Below, one piece after another: positions 17,801-26,563 of a stretch of 64,000 nucleotides of DNA. Source of the stretch: Oscillospiraceae bacterium (lineage in GTDB: Bacteria; Bacillota; Clostridia; Oscillospirales; Oscillospiraceae); contig JAFSUG010000001.1 of NCBI GenBank assembly GCA_017445385.1, positions 80,969 through 144,968 of the forward strand, written 5' to 3'. The position numbers and the translations under genes are program-made. How positions within the stretch are numbered: the first letter of the stretch is position 1; each line of letters opens with the position of its first letter. Below the pieces are notes generated by a model. It did no database searches and was not told the DNA's origin. It saw nothing but the letters and a program-made list of their open reading frames with translations.

Positions 17801-17886
17801 TTGGCACCTCCTTAAGGTGAGGGGTACGGCTTCTCTCACCTTAAAAAATTCCGGTGGGCATCAGCCCACCGGATGCTGTTGTTTGC

Positions 17887-18162
17887 TTATTTTGCAACTT
17901 TGTCCTTCAGAGCCTTGCCTGCCTTGAAAACGGGCACGGTCTTCGCAGCGACCTTCATTTCCTTGCCGGTCTGCGGGTTGCGAGCGGTGCGAGCCGGACG
18001 CTTCTTGGTCTCGAAAGTGCCGAAGCCAACGAGCTGGATCTTGTCGCCCTTCTTCAGAGAAGCGCCAATTGCCTCGATGGTAGCGTTGAGAGCCTTCTCG
18101 GCGTCCTTCTTGGAAAGTTCAGCTTTCTTAGCGACTTCCGCAATGAGTTCAGTCTTGTTCAT
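17887..18162 (-). CDS. hup: HU-family DNA-binding protein
   Basis: 91 aa. [69 protein letters not shown]... Confidence 0.95.
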   Translation of the reverse strand: MNKTELIAEVAKKAELSKKDAEKALNATIEAIGASLKKGDKIQLVGFGTFETKKRPARTARNPQTGKEMKVAAKTVPVFKAGKALKDKVAK

Positions 18163-18211
18163 GAATTGTTCCTCTTTTCATTTGATTTATTCTTTCCCGT
18201 TACCGGGGGGA

Positions 18212-18880
18212 TCACGTTGTTTCCGCGTCTTTTACGCGGCGGATATACCGCTCGCAGGCGCTGTGCAGCGCGCTTTCCGAATCCATTTCGCGCCTTGCGG
18301 CAATGCCGACTGCCGCAAGCAGCAGATCGCCGAGCGCTTCATCGTCCGCCTTTTCGAGCAGCTTCGCAAGCGATTGGCGGATCGTCTGCGCCTGCGCCGC
18401 GTCATCGGCAAGCTGATCGACTTTCGCCGCCTTTTCGTGCAGCTTCTCCGCGCGGATCAGCGCCGGCAGAGAGCGCGCAACGTCGTCCATCAGGTCGGAT
18501 TGCGTTTTCGCGCCCTTTTCGCGCCGCTTGAGCTCTTCCCAATCCTCAGCCTCGCCGCCGAACAGGTGCGGATGGCGATAAACGAGCTTTTTACAGATGC
18601 GGTCGCAAACGTCGTCAATCGTGAATCTGCCGCGCTCGCGCTCGATATCCGTATGAAAGAGAACCTGCAGCAGCACGTCTCCGAATTCTTCGCGCATGAT
18701 CTCGGGATCGTCGCGGTCGAGTCCTTCGCAGGCTTCGTAGGCTTCCTCAAGGAAGTTGCGCCGGATGGACTGATGTGTTTGCGCCTGATCCCAGGAGCAT
18801 CCGTCTTTGCTTCGTAAAAATGCAACAAGTTTGCAAAGATCATCGAAGCGATATTGGTCTTTCTGAATAAAATCTACCAT
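18212..18880 (-). CDS. mazG: MazG-family nucleoside triphosphate pyrophosphohydrolase
   Basis: 222 aa. ...LRSKDGCSWDQAQTHQSIRRNFLEEAYEACEGL...EEFGDVLLQVLFH... plus a second MazG repeat. Confidence 0.9.
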   Translation of the reverse strand: MVDFIQKDQYRFDDLCKLVAFLRSKDGCSWDQAQTHQSIRRNFLEEAYEACEGLDRDDPEIMREEFGDVLLQVLFHTDIERERGRFTIDDVCDRICKKLVYRHPHLFGGEAEDWEELKRREKGAKTQSDLMDDVARSLPALIRAEKLHEKAAKVDQLADDAAQAQTIRQSLAKLLEKADDEALGDLLLAAVGIAARREMDSESALHSACERYIRRVKDAETT

Positions 18881-18916
18881 ATTTCAATCGTATCTGCAAG
18901 AGTTTTTTTCGAAATA

Positions 18917-20572
18917 TCAGCGTATTTTAAGGACTTTCGCGATTTTTTCGCCCTTCGGAAGGAGCAAGCAGTCCTCGTAAGTGATAATTTTCAGCAAAAG
19001 CACGAAAACCGCGTAAACAAGAACGCCGACCGCAACTGCCGCGAGGCAGGCGATTTTCTGCGAGGGAATTGCCAAAAGCAGCAGGCGATAAGCGCCGAAC
19101 GAGGCAAAGCCCATCGCCGCGGAGGCAAGCAGCGGCTTGAACATCACCTTGACCGGACTGATGCGGTGATCGCCGTTCATGCGCGCCAGCGCGATGAGGT
19201 TCAGCAGCGTGATCACGGCATAGCAGCAAAGCGTGCCGATTGCCGCGCCGACGATGTTCACCTCCGGAATACCGACGAGCCAATAGTTCACGGCAACCTT
19301 CACAACGCCGCCGATCAGCATATGGATAACCGGGCGCGTAACGTGACCGTGCGCCTGCATGATCGCGTTGGAGATCAGCACCAGGCTGTTGAAAACAACC
19401 GAAACGCCGAGGATCGAAAGGATTTGCGCGCCGGTGAGGAGCTGTGCGCCCTCGTAGCCGCGCAGAAGCTGCAAAATCGGGCCGGAAAGCACCGCAAGAC
19501 CAACTGCGCAGGGCAGCGCAATCAGGCTCATCAGCTTGATCGAGGAATCCTCAACCAGCTTTGCGCCGCGGTTGTTTTTCTGCGTGAGATGTTCGGTGAT
19601 CGCCGGAATGATGCTGATCGTGATCGCCGGAATGAACGCGCAGGGGAGGTTGAAGATCGTCTGGCAGAAGTTGTAGATGCCCTTCGCGTTTTCCGCAGCC
19701 GTCTGCGCAAGGCCTGCCGCGCCGGTAAGCTGCCGCATGAAAACCATCGTATCTACAAGATTGATGATCTGCAGGCCTGCCGAGCCGAGCGTGATCGGAA
19801 CGGCAATGGCAAGCAGCTCATAAAGCGTTGTCCGTCCGGACTTTACTTCGCCTGCGCGGAAGTTTTCGCCGCGCACCGCCTTGCGGTACTGCATGCCGAG
19901 ATAGACTGCCGAAACAACGCAGCCGATCGTAACGCCCAGAATCGCGCCGCCTGCCGAGAGGACAACGGGGTCAACCGTCAGCCCAAGCGTTTGGCTGAGG
20001 GAGGAGAGATCGGCGTTTTTCGTAAGCTGCATGATGCCCCAAGCCGCGCCGAGACCGATCACAAGCTTGCAGATCGCCTCCAGTATCTGGCTTACGGATG
20101 TCGGCGTCATATTGCTCTGCCCCTGGAAGAAGCCGCGGAACGCTGAGATCAGGCAGATCAGCAGAACGGACGGCGCAAGGCAGGCGATTGCTGCCCAGGA
20201 GGTATCGAACGTTGTTGCAAGGCGCGAAAGCTGCGCGCACAGCAGCAGCATGCCGGCAGAGCCCGCGATGCCGATCACAAGGAAAACGTTCAGCGCCGTT
20301 CGGAAGATCTGGCGGATCTGCGCCGTATTGCCGAGCGCGCGCGATTCGGAGATCATGCGGCTCATCGCAACGGGCCGACCGGTCGTTGAAATCATCAGCA
20401 GAACGGAATAAATATCGTAAGCGGTTGTGAAATAGCCGTATCCGGCGTCGCCGATTATGTTGCCGAGCGGAATCTTGTAGACCGCGCCGATCAGCTTTAC
20501 AATCAGCGTTGCGGCGGCAAGGATTGCCGCGCCGTGCAGAAAGCTCTGCTTTTTCATGGGTTGTTCGCTCAA
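18917..20572 (-). CDS. MOP-superfamily polysaccharide/lipid II flippase-like protein (MurJ/SpoVB/YabM type)
   Basis: 551 aa with about 14 predicted TM helices. The N-terminus FLHGAAILAAATLIVKLIGAVYKIPLGNIIGDAGYGYFTTAYDIY is typical of this family. Confidence 0.85.
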   Translation of the reverse strand: MSEQPMKKQSFLHGAAILAAATLIVKLIGAVYKIPLGNIIGDAGYGYFTTAYDIYSVLLMISTTGRPVAMSRMISESRALGNTAQIRQIFRTALNVFLVIGIAGSAGMLLLCAQLSRLATTFDTSWAAIACLAPSVLLICLISAFRGFFQGQSNMTPTSVSQILEAICKLVIGLGAAWGIMQLTKNADLSSLSQTLGLTVDPVVLSAGGAILGVTIGCVVSAVYLGMQYRKAVRGENFRAGEVKSGRTTLYELLAIAVPITLGSAGLQIINLVDTMVFMRQLTGAAGLAQTAAENAKGIYNFCQTIFNLPCAFIPAITISIIPAITEHLTQKNNRGAKLVEDSSIKLMSLIALPCAVGLAVLSGPILQLLRGYEGAQLLTGAQILSILGVSVVFNSLVLISNAIMQAHGHVTRPVIHMLIGGVVKVAVNYWLVGIPEVNIVGAAIGTLCCYAVITLLNLIALARMNGDHRISPVKVMFKPLLASAAMGFASFGAYRLLLLAIPSQKIACLAAVAVGVLVYAVFVLLLKIITYEDCLLLPKGEKIAKVLKIR

Positions 20573-21954
20573 GAGGGGTCCTCCTTTTCGCCAAAGACCT
20601 TCGGAACGGCGTACTCCGTCAGCTCCGAAAGCACCTTCGGCAAGTCGATCGTCGGATACGTTCCGGCGGAATAAACGGTTTTGCCGCGTACCATCGTCAA
20701 TACAACGTCATTGCCCGATGCGCGGTATACGAGCTGCTGCATCAGATCATGGCAGGGAATCAGATGCACCTGCGTGAAATCGAGCAGGCAGAGATCTGCG
20801 TCCATGCCGATTTTCAGCATACCGCATTCCTTTTCGCGCCCCTGCGCTCTCGCGCCGCATACCGTTGCCAGCATCAGCGCCGCCTGCGCCGGCATGGCGG
20901 CAGGATCGCCCTGCTGCAGCTTGCCTTCAAGCGCGGCAAGGCGCATCTGCGTGAACAGATCGAGATTCGTGCCGGAAAGCGTGCTGTCCGTTCCGAGCGC
21001 AACGTTCATGCCGCTTTTGACCATCTGCAAAAGATCGGCGCGTCCCGATGCTTGCTTGAAATCGCTTGCAGGGCAGTAAACCGCCGAAACGCCGCGCTTT
21101 CCGAGCAGCCGCATATCCGATTCGGTCAGATGCGTGCAGTGCGCGGCGGTGGTTCTGCCGCCGAAAACGTGGTGGCAGTCCAGTACCTCCGCAGGGCTCA
21201 AGCCCGTGCGCTCCACCGCGCCGTCGTGCGCAGCCTTCGTTTCGGAAAGGCAAACCTGCATGCCGATGCCCTCTTCCGCCGCAAAGCGCGCGCAGTATTC
21301 CCAAAGCTCCGGCGTGGAGCGGTCCTCGCGGACAGACGCCTCAACGGCGATCCGTCCGCCGTCGCGCCCGTGCCAGTTTTGATGCAGCGTGCGTAGCTCG
21401 ATGCAGGCGGGATCGGTTCTTTCGTCCAGTTCTTCTGCGCTGTAGCGCGCAGTCAAAGGTGCAAGATTGATCTTGATGCCGCTTTCAAAAGCGGCTTCCG
21501 CCGTGCTTTGCGCATAGTAGTATTCGTCCGTTACGCTTGTAACGCCGAAGCGGAAGCACTGCGCGATCGAGAGCAGCGCCGCCGCCTTTACGGCGCGCGC
21601 GTCAAGCCGCTCTTCGCGCGGGAAAACCAGCGCCTGCTCTGCGGCGCGGTCGTCCGCGATGCCGCCGAGCAGCGATGCGCCCAGCCGCGTACAGCAGTTT
21701 ATAAGCCCCGGCATCATCACCATGCCGGTGCCGTCAATGATCTTTTTGGGCAGGTCGTCCTCCGGCGGCGCGATTTTGCTGAGGTGTGTGATTTTTCCGT
21801 CCGTGATCCCAACGAACGCATCGGTCAGAACCGCCATGCTTTCGTCCATCGTCACGCAGGAAACGTGGGTAAAAAGCGTGTCTATGGGAAACGCCTCCTT
21901 AAAGCAGCGCAAAAATTTGCCGTTTTTTCTCCAAAACGTCGGAGATATGCGCAA
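20569..21954 (-). CDS. Amidohydrolase-superfamily protein (MtaD/SsnA-like deaminase fold) with non-canonical metal-binding motif
   Basis: ...VTMDESMAVLTDAFVGITDGKI...IDGTGMVMMPGLINCCTRLGASLLGG...AAHCTHLTESDMRLLGKRGVSAVYCPASD...ALGTDS... is the family pattern. The start is uncertain. The ATG at 21954 overlaps hemZ by 56 nt. Alternatively, GGAGG followed 8 nt later by an in-frame ATA (21883-21885) would give MDTLFTHV... Confidence 0.8.
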   Translation of the reverse strand: MRISPTFWRKNGKFLRCFKEAFPIDTLFTHVSCVTMDESMAVLTDAFVGITDGKITHLSKIAPPEDDLPKKIIDGTGMVMMPGLINCCTRLGASLLGGIADDRAAEQALVFPREERLDARAVKAAALLSIAQCFRFGVTSVTDEYYYAQSTAEAAFESGIKINLAPLTARYSAEELDERTDPACIELRTLHQNWHGRDGGRIAVEASVREDRSTPELWEYCARFAAEEGIGMQVCLSETKAAHDGAVERTGLSPAEVLDCHHVFGGRTTAAHCTHLTESDMRLLGKRGVSAVYCPASDFKQASGRADLLQMVKSGMNVALGTDSTLSGTNLDLFTQMRLAALEGKLQQGDPAAMPAQAALMLATVCGARAQGREKECGMLKIGMDADLCLLDFTQVHLIPCHDLMQQLVYRASGNDVVLTMVRGKTVYSAGTYPTIDLPKVLSELTEYAVPKVFGEKEDPS

Positions 21955-23338
21955 TATAGTCCTGTGGGAATTTCGGATTGTGGAACCGCGCGAGATCGTC
22001 CTGCGCCAAGTTGACCTTGTTCATGCCGCCGCCGCCCAGCGCAAGGATCGTATGCAGCTCTTCCATCATGTAGATATTATATAGCCCTTCCTTGCCGGAT
22101 TTGCACCAGCCGACGTTTTCAAATCCGCCGGAGGTGTATTTTTGCCGGTAGAGATAATAGGGCTTGTAGCCGTTTTCGCGCAGCCGCGCCTCCGCGCCGT
22201 CCAGCATCTCGGCAACCTCCGTGCCGCAGGGAAGCGTCTTTGCGCCGAAAAGCGCCGCGCTGCGCTTTCGCGCAAGCGTGTGAACGGTTATATTCTCCGG
22301 CGTAAGGCCGATCACCTGATCGAGCGAACGGAGAAACTGCGCCGGATTGTCGCCGGGCAGTCCGGCAATCAGATCCATGTTGATCGCGTCAAAGCCGGCG
22401 TCGCGCGCGAGGCGGTAGGCTTCGATTGTCTGCGCCGCCGTGTGGCGTCTGCCGACTGTTTGCAGAACGCTGTCCGCCATCGTCTGCGGATTGATGCTCA
22501 TGCGGCCGACGCCAAAATTTGCAATCGTGCGGAGCTTTTCCGCGTCGAGCGTGTCCGGTCTGCCGCCTTCTACGGTGTATTCTAAGCATTCGGAGAGATC
22601 GATATGCTCCCCGATTGCGCCGAGCAGCTGCGCCATCTGCGCGGAGGAGAACGTTGTTGGCGTTCCGCCGCCGATATAGAGCGTGCGCACGGCGCAGCCG
22701 GACTGCTTCAGCAGCCGCCCTGTTTCCGCGATCTCCAAAAGCAGCGCGTCCAGATACGGCTGCAAAAACTTCCCGAATTGTTCCACCGACTGGCTTACAA
22801 ACGAGCAGTATGCGCAGCGCGTTGGGCAGAAGGGGATGCCGATATAGAGCGAAAGGTCTTTTTCCCGAAGCAGCTTCGCCGCCTCCGCGCTGCAGCGCGA
22901 TGCGTCAATGCAGAGCTTTCGCCGCGCCGGACTGACGAAATATACGTCCTTCAGCATCCTGTCGCAGTCGCGTTCGGTTTTGCCGCTTTGCAGCAGCTGC
23001 GTTGTCAGCTTTGTCGGGCGAACGCCTGCCAGCGCGCCCCAGGGGGGCGCCGGACGAAGCTGAATCGCCGCCAGATAATATGCCTGCTGCAAAATGCGCC
23101 GCCGCAGGCGGACGGTTTCGTTTTCCGCTTTCAGCCGCCGCATCGCGCGGACGGTTTTGCCGCCGCGCTTGAGCACGGCGGTGGCGGTCAGCCACGTTTT
23201 GCCGCGGTGCAGCGCGGAAATCGCGCCGTCGCCGGAAAACGGACTTTCGCAAAACCGCGTCGGCTCGTCCGGAAACAGCTGCATTTGCAGCTGCTCAACG
23301 GCGTAGCGGTCATCGTGTCCGATCAGATATAAATTCAT
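21899..23338 (-). CDS. hemZ: Radical SAM coproporphyrinogen-dehydrogenase-like protein HemZ
   Basis: 479 aa. The N-terminus MNLYLIGHDDRYAVEQLQMQLFPDE is typical of HemZ. The radical-SAM cluster is CPTRCAYCSF. Confidence 0.88.
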   Translation of the reverse strand: MNLYLIGHDDRYAVEQLQMQLFPDEPTRFCESPFSGDGAISALHRGKTWLTATAVLKRGGKTVRAMRRLKAENETVRLRRRILQQAYYLAAIQLRPAPPWGALAGVRPTKLTTQLLQSGKTERDCDRMLKDVYFVSPARRKLCIDASRCSAEAAKLLREKDLSLYIGIPFCPTRCAYCSFVSQSVEQFGKFLQPYLDALLLEIAETGRLLKQSGCAVRTLYIGGGTPTTFSSAQMAQLLGAIGEHIDLSECLEYTVEGGRPDTLDAEKLRTIANFGVGRMSINPQTMADSVLQTVGRRHTAAQTIEAYRLARDAGFDAINMDLIAGLPGDNPAQFLRSLDQVIGLTPENITVHTLARKRSAALFGAKTLPCGTEVAEMLDGAEARLRENGYKPYYLYRQKYTSGGFENVGWCKSGKEGLYNIYMMEELHTILALGGGGMNKVNLAQDDLARFHNPKFPQDYIAHISDVLEKKRQIFALL

Positions 23339-23928
23339 GCGTGTTCGCTCCGTAAAAACGGGTTTGTCAGCCGCTCGGTCTCCAGCGTTGTCGGGTCGCC
23401 GTGGCCCGGCAGAACGTCATAGCTGCCTTGCAGATCGCGGAGATATGCCATGGACCGGCGCATCTCGCGCCAGTTGCCGCCCGGCAGATCGATCCTGCCG
23501 CACGTTCCGGCAAAGAGCGTATCGCCGGTAAAGAGCGTATCTTCCGCCAGCAGGCAAACCGAGCCGGGCGAATGACCGGGCGTATGCAGAACGCGGAACG
23601 TCAGTCCGGCGGCAGTCACTTCGTCGCCGTAGGGCAGATGCGTTTGCGTCATTCTGCCGTGCGCCATCTGCGGCAGGATCGGATCGTCCGCCGTGTCGAG
23701 ATACACCGGCGCGCCGGTTGCGTCTGCGAGCGCTTTCAAGCCGCCCATGTGGTCAAAATGCGCGTGCGTCAGAAAGATTGCGTCCAGTGTGAGCTTGCGC
23801 TCGCGCAAAAACGTTGCGATCTGATCGCCCTTTGCGGCAGGATCGATCACAACGGCGTGCTTGTCTTTGCCTTCTACGATATAGCAGTTTGTTCCAAGCT
23901 CTCCGAGCACGAAACGATCAATTTGCAT
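23335..23928 (-). CDS. MBL-fold metallo-hydrolase (glyoxalase II-like)
   Basis: 197 aa. THAHFDHMGG motif, ...HTPGHSPGS..., ...LPGHG... Confidence 0.88.
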   Translation of the reverse strand: MQIDRFVLGELGTNCYIVEGKDKHAVVIDPAAKGDQIATFLRERKLTLDAIFLTHAHFDHMGGLKALADATGAPVYLDTADDPILPQMAHGRMTQTHLPYGDEVTAAGLTFRVLHTPGHSPGSVCLLAEDTLFTGDTLFAGTCGRIDLPGGNWREMRRSMAYLRDLQGSYDVLPGHGDPTTLETERLTNPFLRSEHA

Positions 23929-24379
23929 TGGAGTTCCATTCCTTCGTATCCAGTATCAGCGTAACAGGCCCGTCGTTTTGCGAGGTTACCTGCATATCCG
24001 CGCCGAAAATGCCGTGCTGCGGCGGAAAACCGCGCGCTTCGCATTCGCGCAGGAACTGTTCGTAAAGCGCGTTTGCTTTATCCGGCGCAGCCGCGCCGAA
24101 GAAGCTCGGCCGCCGTCCGTGGGACGTATCGGCAAAGAGCGTGAATTGGCTCACAACGAGAACGCTGCCGTGCGCGTCGCTGATGCTGCGGTTCATTTTT
24201 CCGATGTCGTCCTCAAAAACGCGCAGCGCGAGGATCTTATCCGCCAGCTTTTCGCAAATCGCCGGCGTATCATCGGGCGCAACGCCGAGCAGGATCAAAA
24301 AGCCCTGCCCGATTTCGCCCTGCTTTTTTCCGTCAATCGTAACCGATGCGCTTTTTACGCGCGTAACAACCGCTCTCAT
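23918..24379 (-). CDS. dtd: D-aminoacyl-tRNA deacylase
   Basis: 153 aa. MRAVVTRVKSASVTIDGKKQGEIGQGFLILLGVAPDD...VSQFTLFADT..GRRPSF. Confidence 0.95.
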   Translation of the reverse strand: MRAVVTRVKSASVTIDGKKQGEIGQGFLILLGVAPDDTPAICEKLADKILALRVFEDDIGKMNRSISDAHGSVLVVSQFTLFADTSHGRRPSFFGAAAPDKANALYEQFLRECEARGFPPQHGIFGADMQVTSQNDGPVTLILDTKEWNSNAN

Positions 24380-26562
24380 GCTCTGCCTCGCTTAATATCC
24401 GTCACGCCCGGCACCGCGCGAACGCGCGCCAAAACGGTGTCAAGCTCGTCGCGCGAATGCACCTGAAACGTCATCAGCGTAACCGCCTTGCCCTCGGGCA
24501 GCGTGCGCGAGGACATCTCCGAAACGCGGATTTTCAGCGACGTCATGATCGTTGCGATATCGAGGAAGAGTCCTGCGCGGTCGCTCGATGCGATCTCCAA
24601 GCTCGTTGAGAAGCTCTCAATGCCGCTCGGCGCCCATTCAACGTGCACCCATCTGCCTGCCTGCGCCGGATCTTCCGCGCCTGCGGCGTTCGGGCAATCG
24701 CGCCGGTGTACGCTCACGCCGTAGCCCTTCGTGATAAAGCCTACGATATCGTCGCCGGGGACGGGCGTGCAGCAGCGCGCGAATTTGACCATGCAGGAGG
24801 GAATATCCTCCACGATTACGCCGGAATCGGCGAAAACCGCGCCCTTTTGCGTGGTTTGGTCGGGCAGATGGAACGGGAGCTGCTCCGCGCTGGATTTCGT
24901 ATGCGCGCGGTCGGCGCGCGTGAGTTCGTCCTTGATGCGCGAAACCGCCTTAAAGGAGGTCAATCCGCCGTAACCGATCGCGGCATAGAGATCGTCCAGC
25001 GTTTCAAAAGAGAGCTTCGTTAAAACGGCGTTGCGCAGCTCGTCGCCCTGCATGATGCTCGGATCGTAGCCGAGCCGATGCAGCTCCGCCTCGAAGCTGA
25101 CCTTGCCGCGCGCAACGTTCTCCTCGCGGCGTTCTTTCTTAAACCACTGCTTGATCTTCGTGCGCGCCTGGTTGCTCTTGCAGATGCTCAGCCAGTCGCG
25201 GCTGGGACCTTTCGCGCTTTTCGACGTGAGGATCTCAACGATGTCGCCGTTGTGCAGCGGCAGATCGTAGCCGGCGATGCGGTTATTCACCTTTGCGCCC
25301 ACCATCGAATTGCCGACTGCGCTGTGAATCGCGTAGGCAAAGTCAATCGGCGTTGAGCCGGAGGGCAGGGAGATCACCTTGCCGCGCGGCGTGAAAACGA
25401 ACACCTCATCGTCGAACATATCCACCTTCAGCGAGTGAATGTAATCCTCCGCTTCAGTGTCCTGCTGGGTTTCCAGCAGGCGGCGGATCCATTCAAACTG
25501 CTGCTCGTCGCCGTTGGTGCGGATGCCCTCTTTGTATTTCCAGTGCGCGGCAACGCCGTATTCGGCGGTCTGATGCATATCCCATGTGCGGATCTGCACC
25601 TCAAACGGGATGCCCTGCCGCCCGATCACGGTTGTGTGCAGCGACTGATACATATTCGGCTTCGGGGTGGAGATGTAGTCCTTGAACCGCCCCGGCACAA
25701 GATTGTAAAGGTCGTGGATGTGACCGAGCACGTTGTAGCAATCGGGGATCGTGTCAACCAGAACGCGGAAGGCGTAGAGATCGTAAAGCTCGTCAATGTC
25801 CTTGCCCTGCACCTGCATTTTGCGGTAGATCGAATAAACGTGCTTGATGCGCCCGTAGATCGTGCTCTTGATGCCAACGCTCTGCAGGCGGTTTTCCAAC
25901 GTCTGCTGCACCTCGCGCATAAATGCCTCGTCGGTTTCCTTGTGCGCTTCCAGATAGTCGATAATCTTCTTGTAGTTTTCCGGATCGAGATACTGGAGCG
26001 AGTAGTCCTCCAGCTCCCATTTGATCTTCTGCATGCCGAGCCGATGCGCAAGCGGTGCATAGATTTCCATCGTTTCCATGGATTTGGAAATCTGCTTTTC
26101 CGGCGTTTGATACTGCATCGTGCGCATATTGTGCAGCCGGTCGGCAATTTTAATCAGGATCACGCGGATATCGCGCGACATCGCAAGGAACATCTTGCGC
26201 AGGTTTTCCATCTGCTGTTCCTCGAGCGATGCGTATTCTACGCGCGTCAGCTTTGTAACGCCCTCAACGAGCGATGCAACCGTATCGCCGAATTCGCTTG
26301 CAAGCTCGCTGTAGCTCGTTGCGGTATCTTCCAGGCAGTCGTGCAGCAGCGCGCTTGTGATCGCGTCGGTATCCAGACCCATTTCCGCAACGATCTCCGC
26401 AACGGCAACGGGGTGGATTATATACGGCTCTCCGCTTTTGCGCTTCTGCTTTTCGTGCCGTTTTTGCGCGAACGCATACGCCTTGCGGATCTGCGTTTCA
26501 TCGGCATACGGCGCGTAGCGGCGGATCGTCCGCATCATTGTGTCAAAGAGTTCGTCTTGCAT
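24376..26562 (-). CDS. relA: Bifunctional (p)ppGpp synthetase/hydrolase RelA/SpoT homolog
   Basis: It contains an HD domain (...HPVAVAEIVAEMGLD...LLHDCLEDT), a synthetase domain (...YRSLHT-like ...MYQSLHTTV), and TGS and ACT domains. I trimmed the start to MQDELFD (26562), directly after the recJ stop. Confidence 0.95.
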   Translation of the reverse strand: MQDELFDTMMRTIRRYAPYADETQIRKAYAFAQKRHEKQKRKSGEPYIIHPVAVAEIVAEMGLDTDAITSALLHDCLEDTATSYSELASEFGDTVASLVEGVTKLTRVEYASLEEQQMENLRKMFLAMSRDIRVILIKIADRLHNMRTMQYQTPEKQISKSMETMEIYAPLAHRLGMQKIKWELEDYSLQYLDPENYKKIIDYLEAHKETDEAFMREVQQTLENRLQSVGIKSTIYGRIKHVYSIYRKMQVQGKDIDELYDLYAFRVLVDTIPDCYNVLGHIHDLYNLVPGRFKDYISTPKPNMYQSLHTTVIGRQGIPFEVQIRTWDMHQTAEYGVAAHWKYKEGIRTNGDEQQFEWIRRLLETQQDTEAEDYIHSLKVDMFDDEVFVFTPRGKVISLPSGSTPIDFAYAIHSAVGNSMVGAKVNNRIAGYDLPLHNGDIVEILTSKSAKGPSRDWLSICKSNQARTKIKQWFKKERREENVARGKVSFEAELHRLGYDPSIMQGDELRNAVLTKLSFETLDDLYAAIGYGGLTSFKAVSRIKDELTRADRAHTKSSAEQLPFHLPDQTTQKGAVFADSGVIVEDIPSCMVKFARCCTPVPGDDIVGFITKGYGVSVHRRDCPNAAGAEDPAQAGRWVHVEWAPSGIESFSTSLEIASSDRAGLFLDIATIMTSLKIRVSEMSSRTLPEGKAVTLMTFQVHSRDELDTVLARVRAVPGVTDIKRGRA

Positions 26563-26563
26563 A

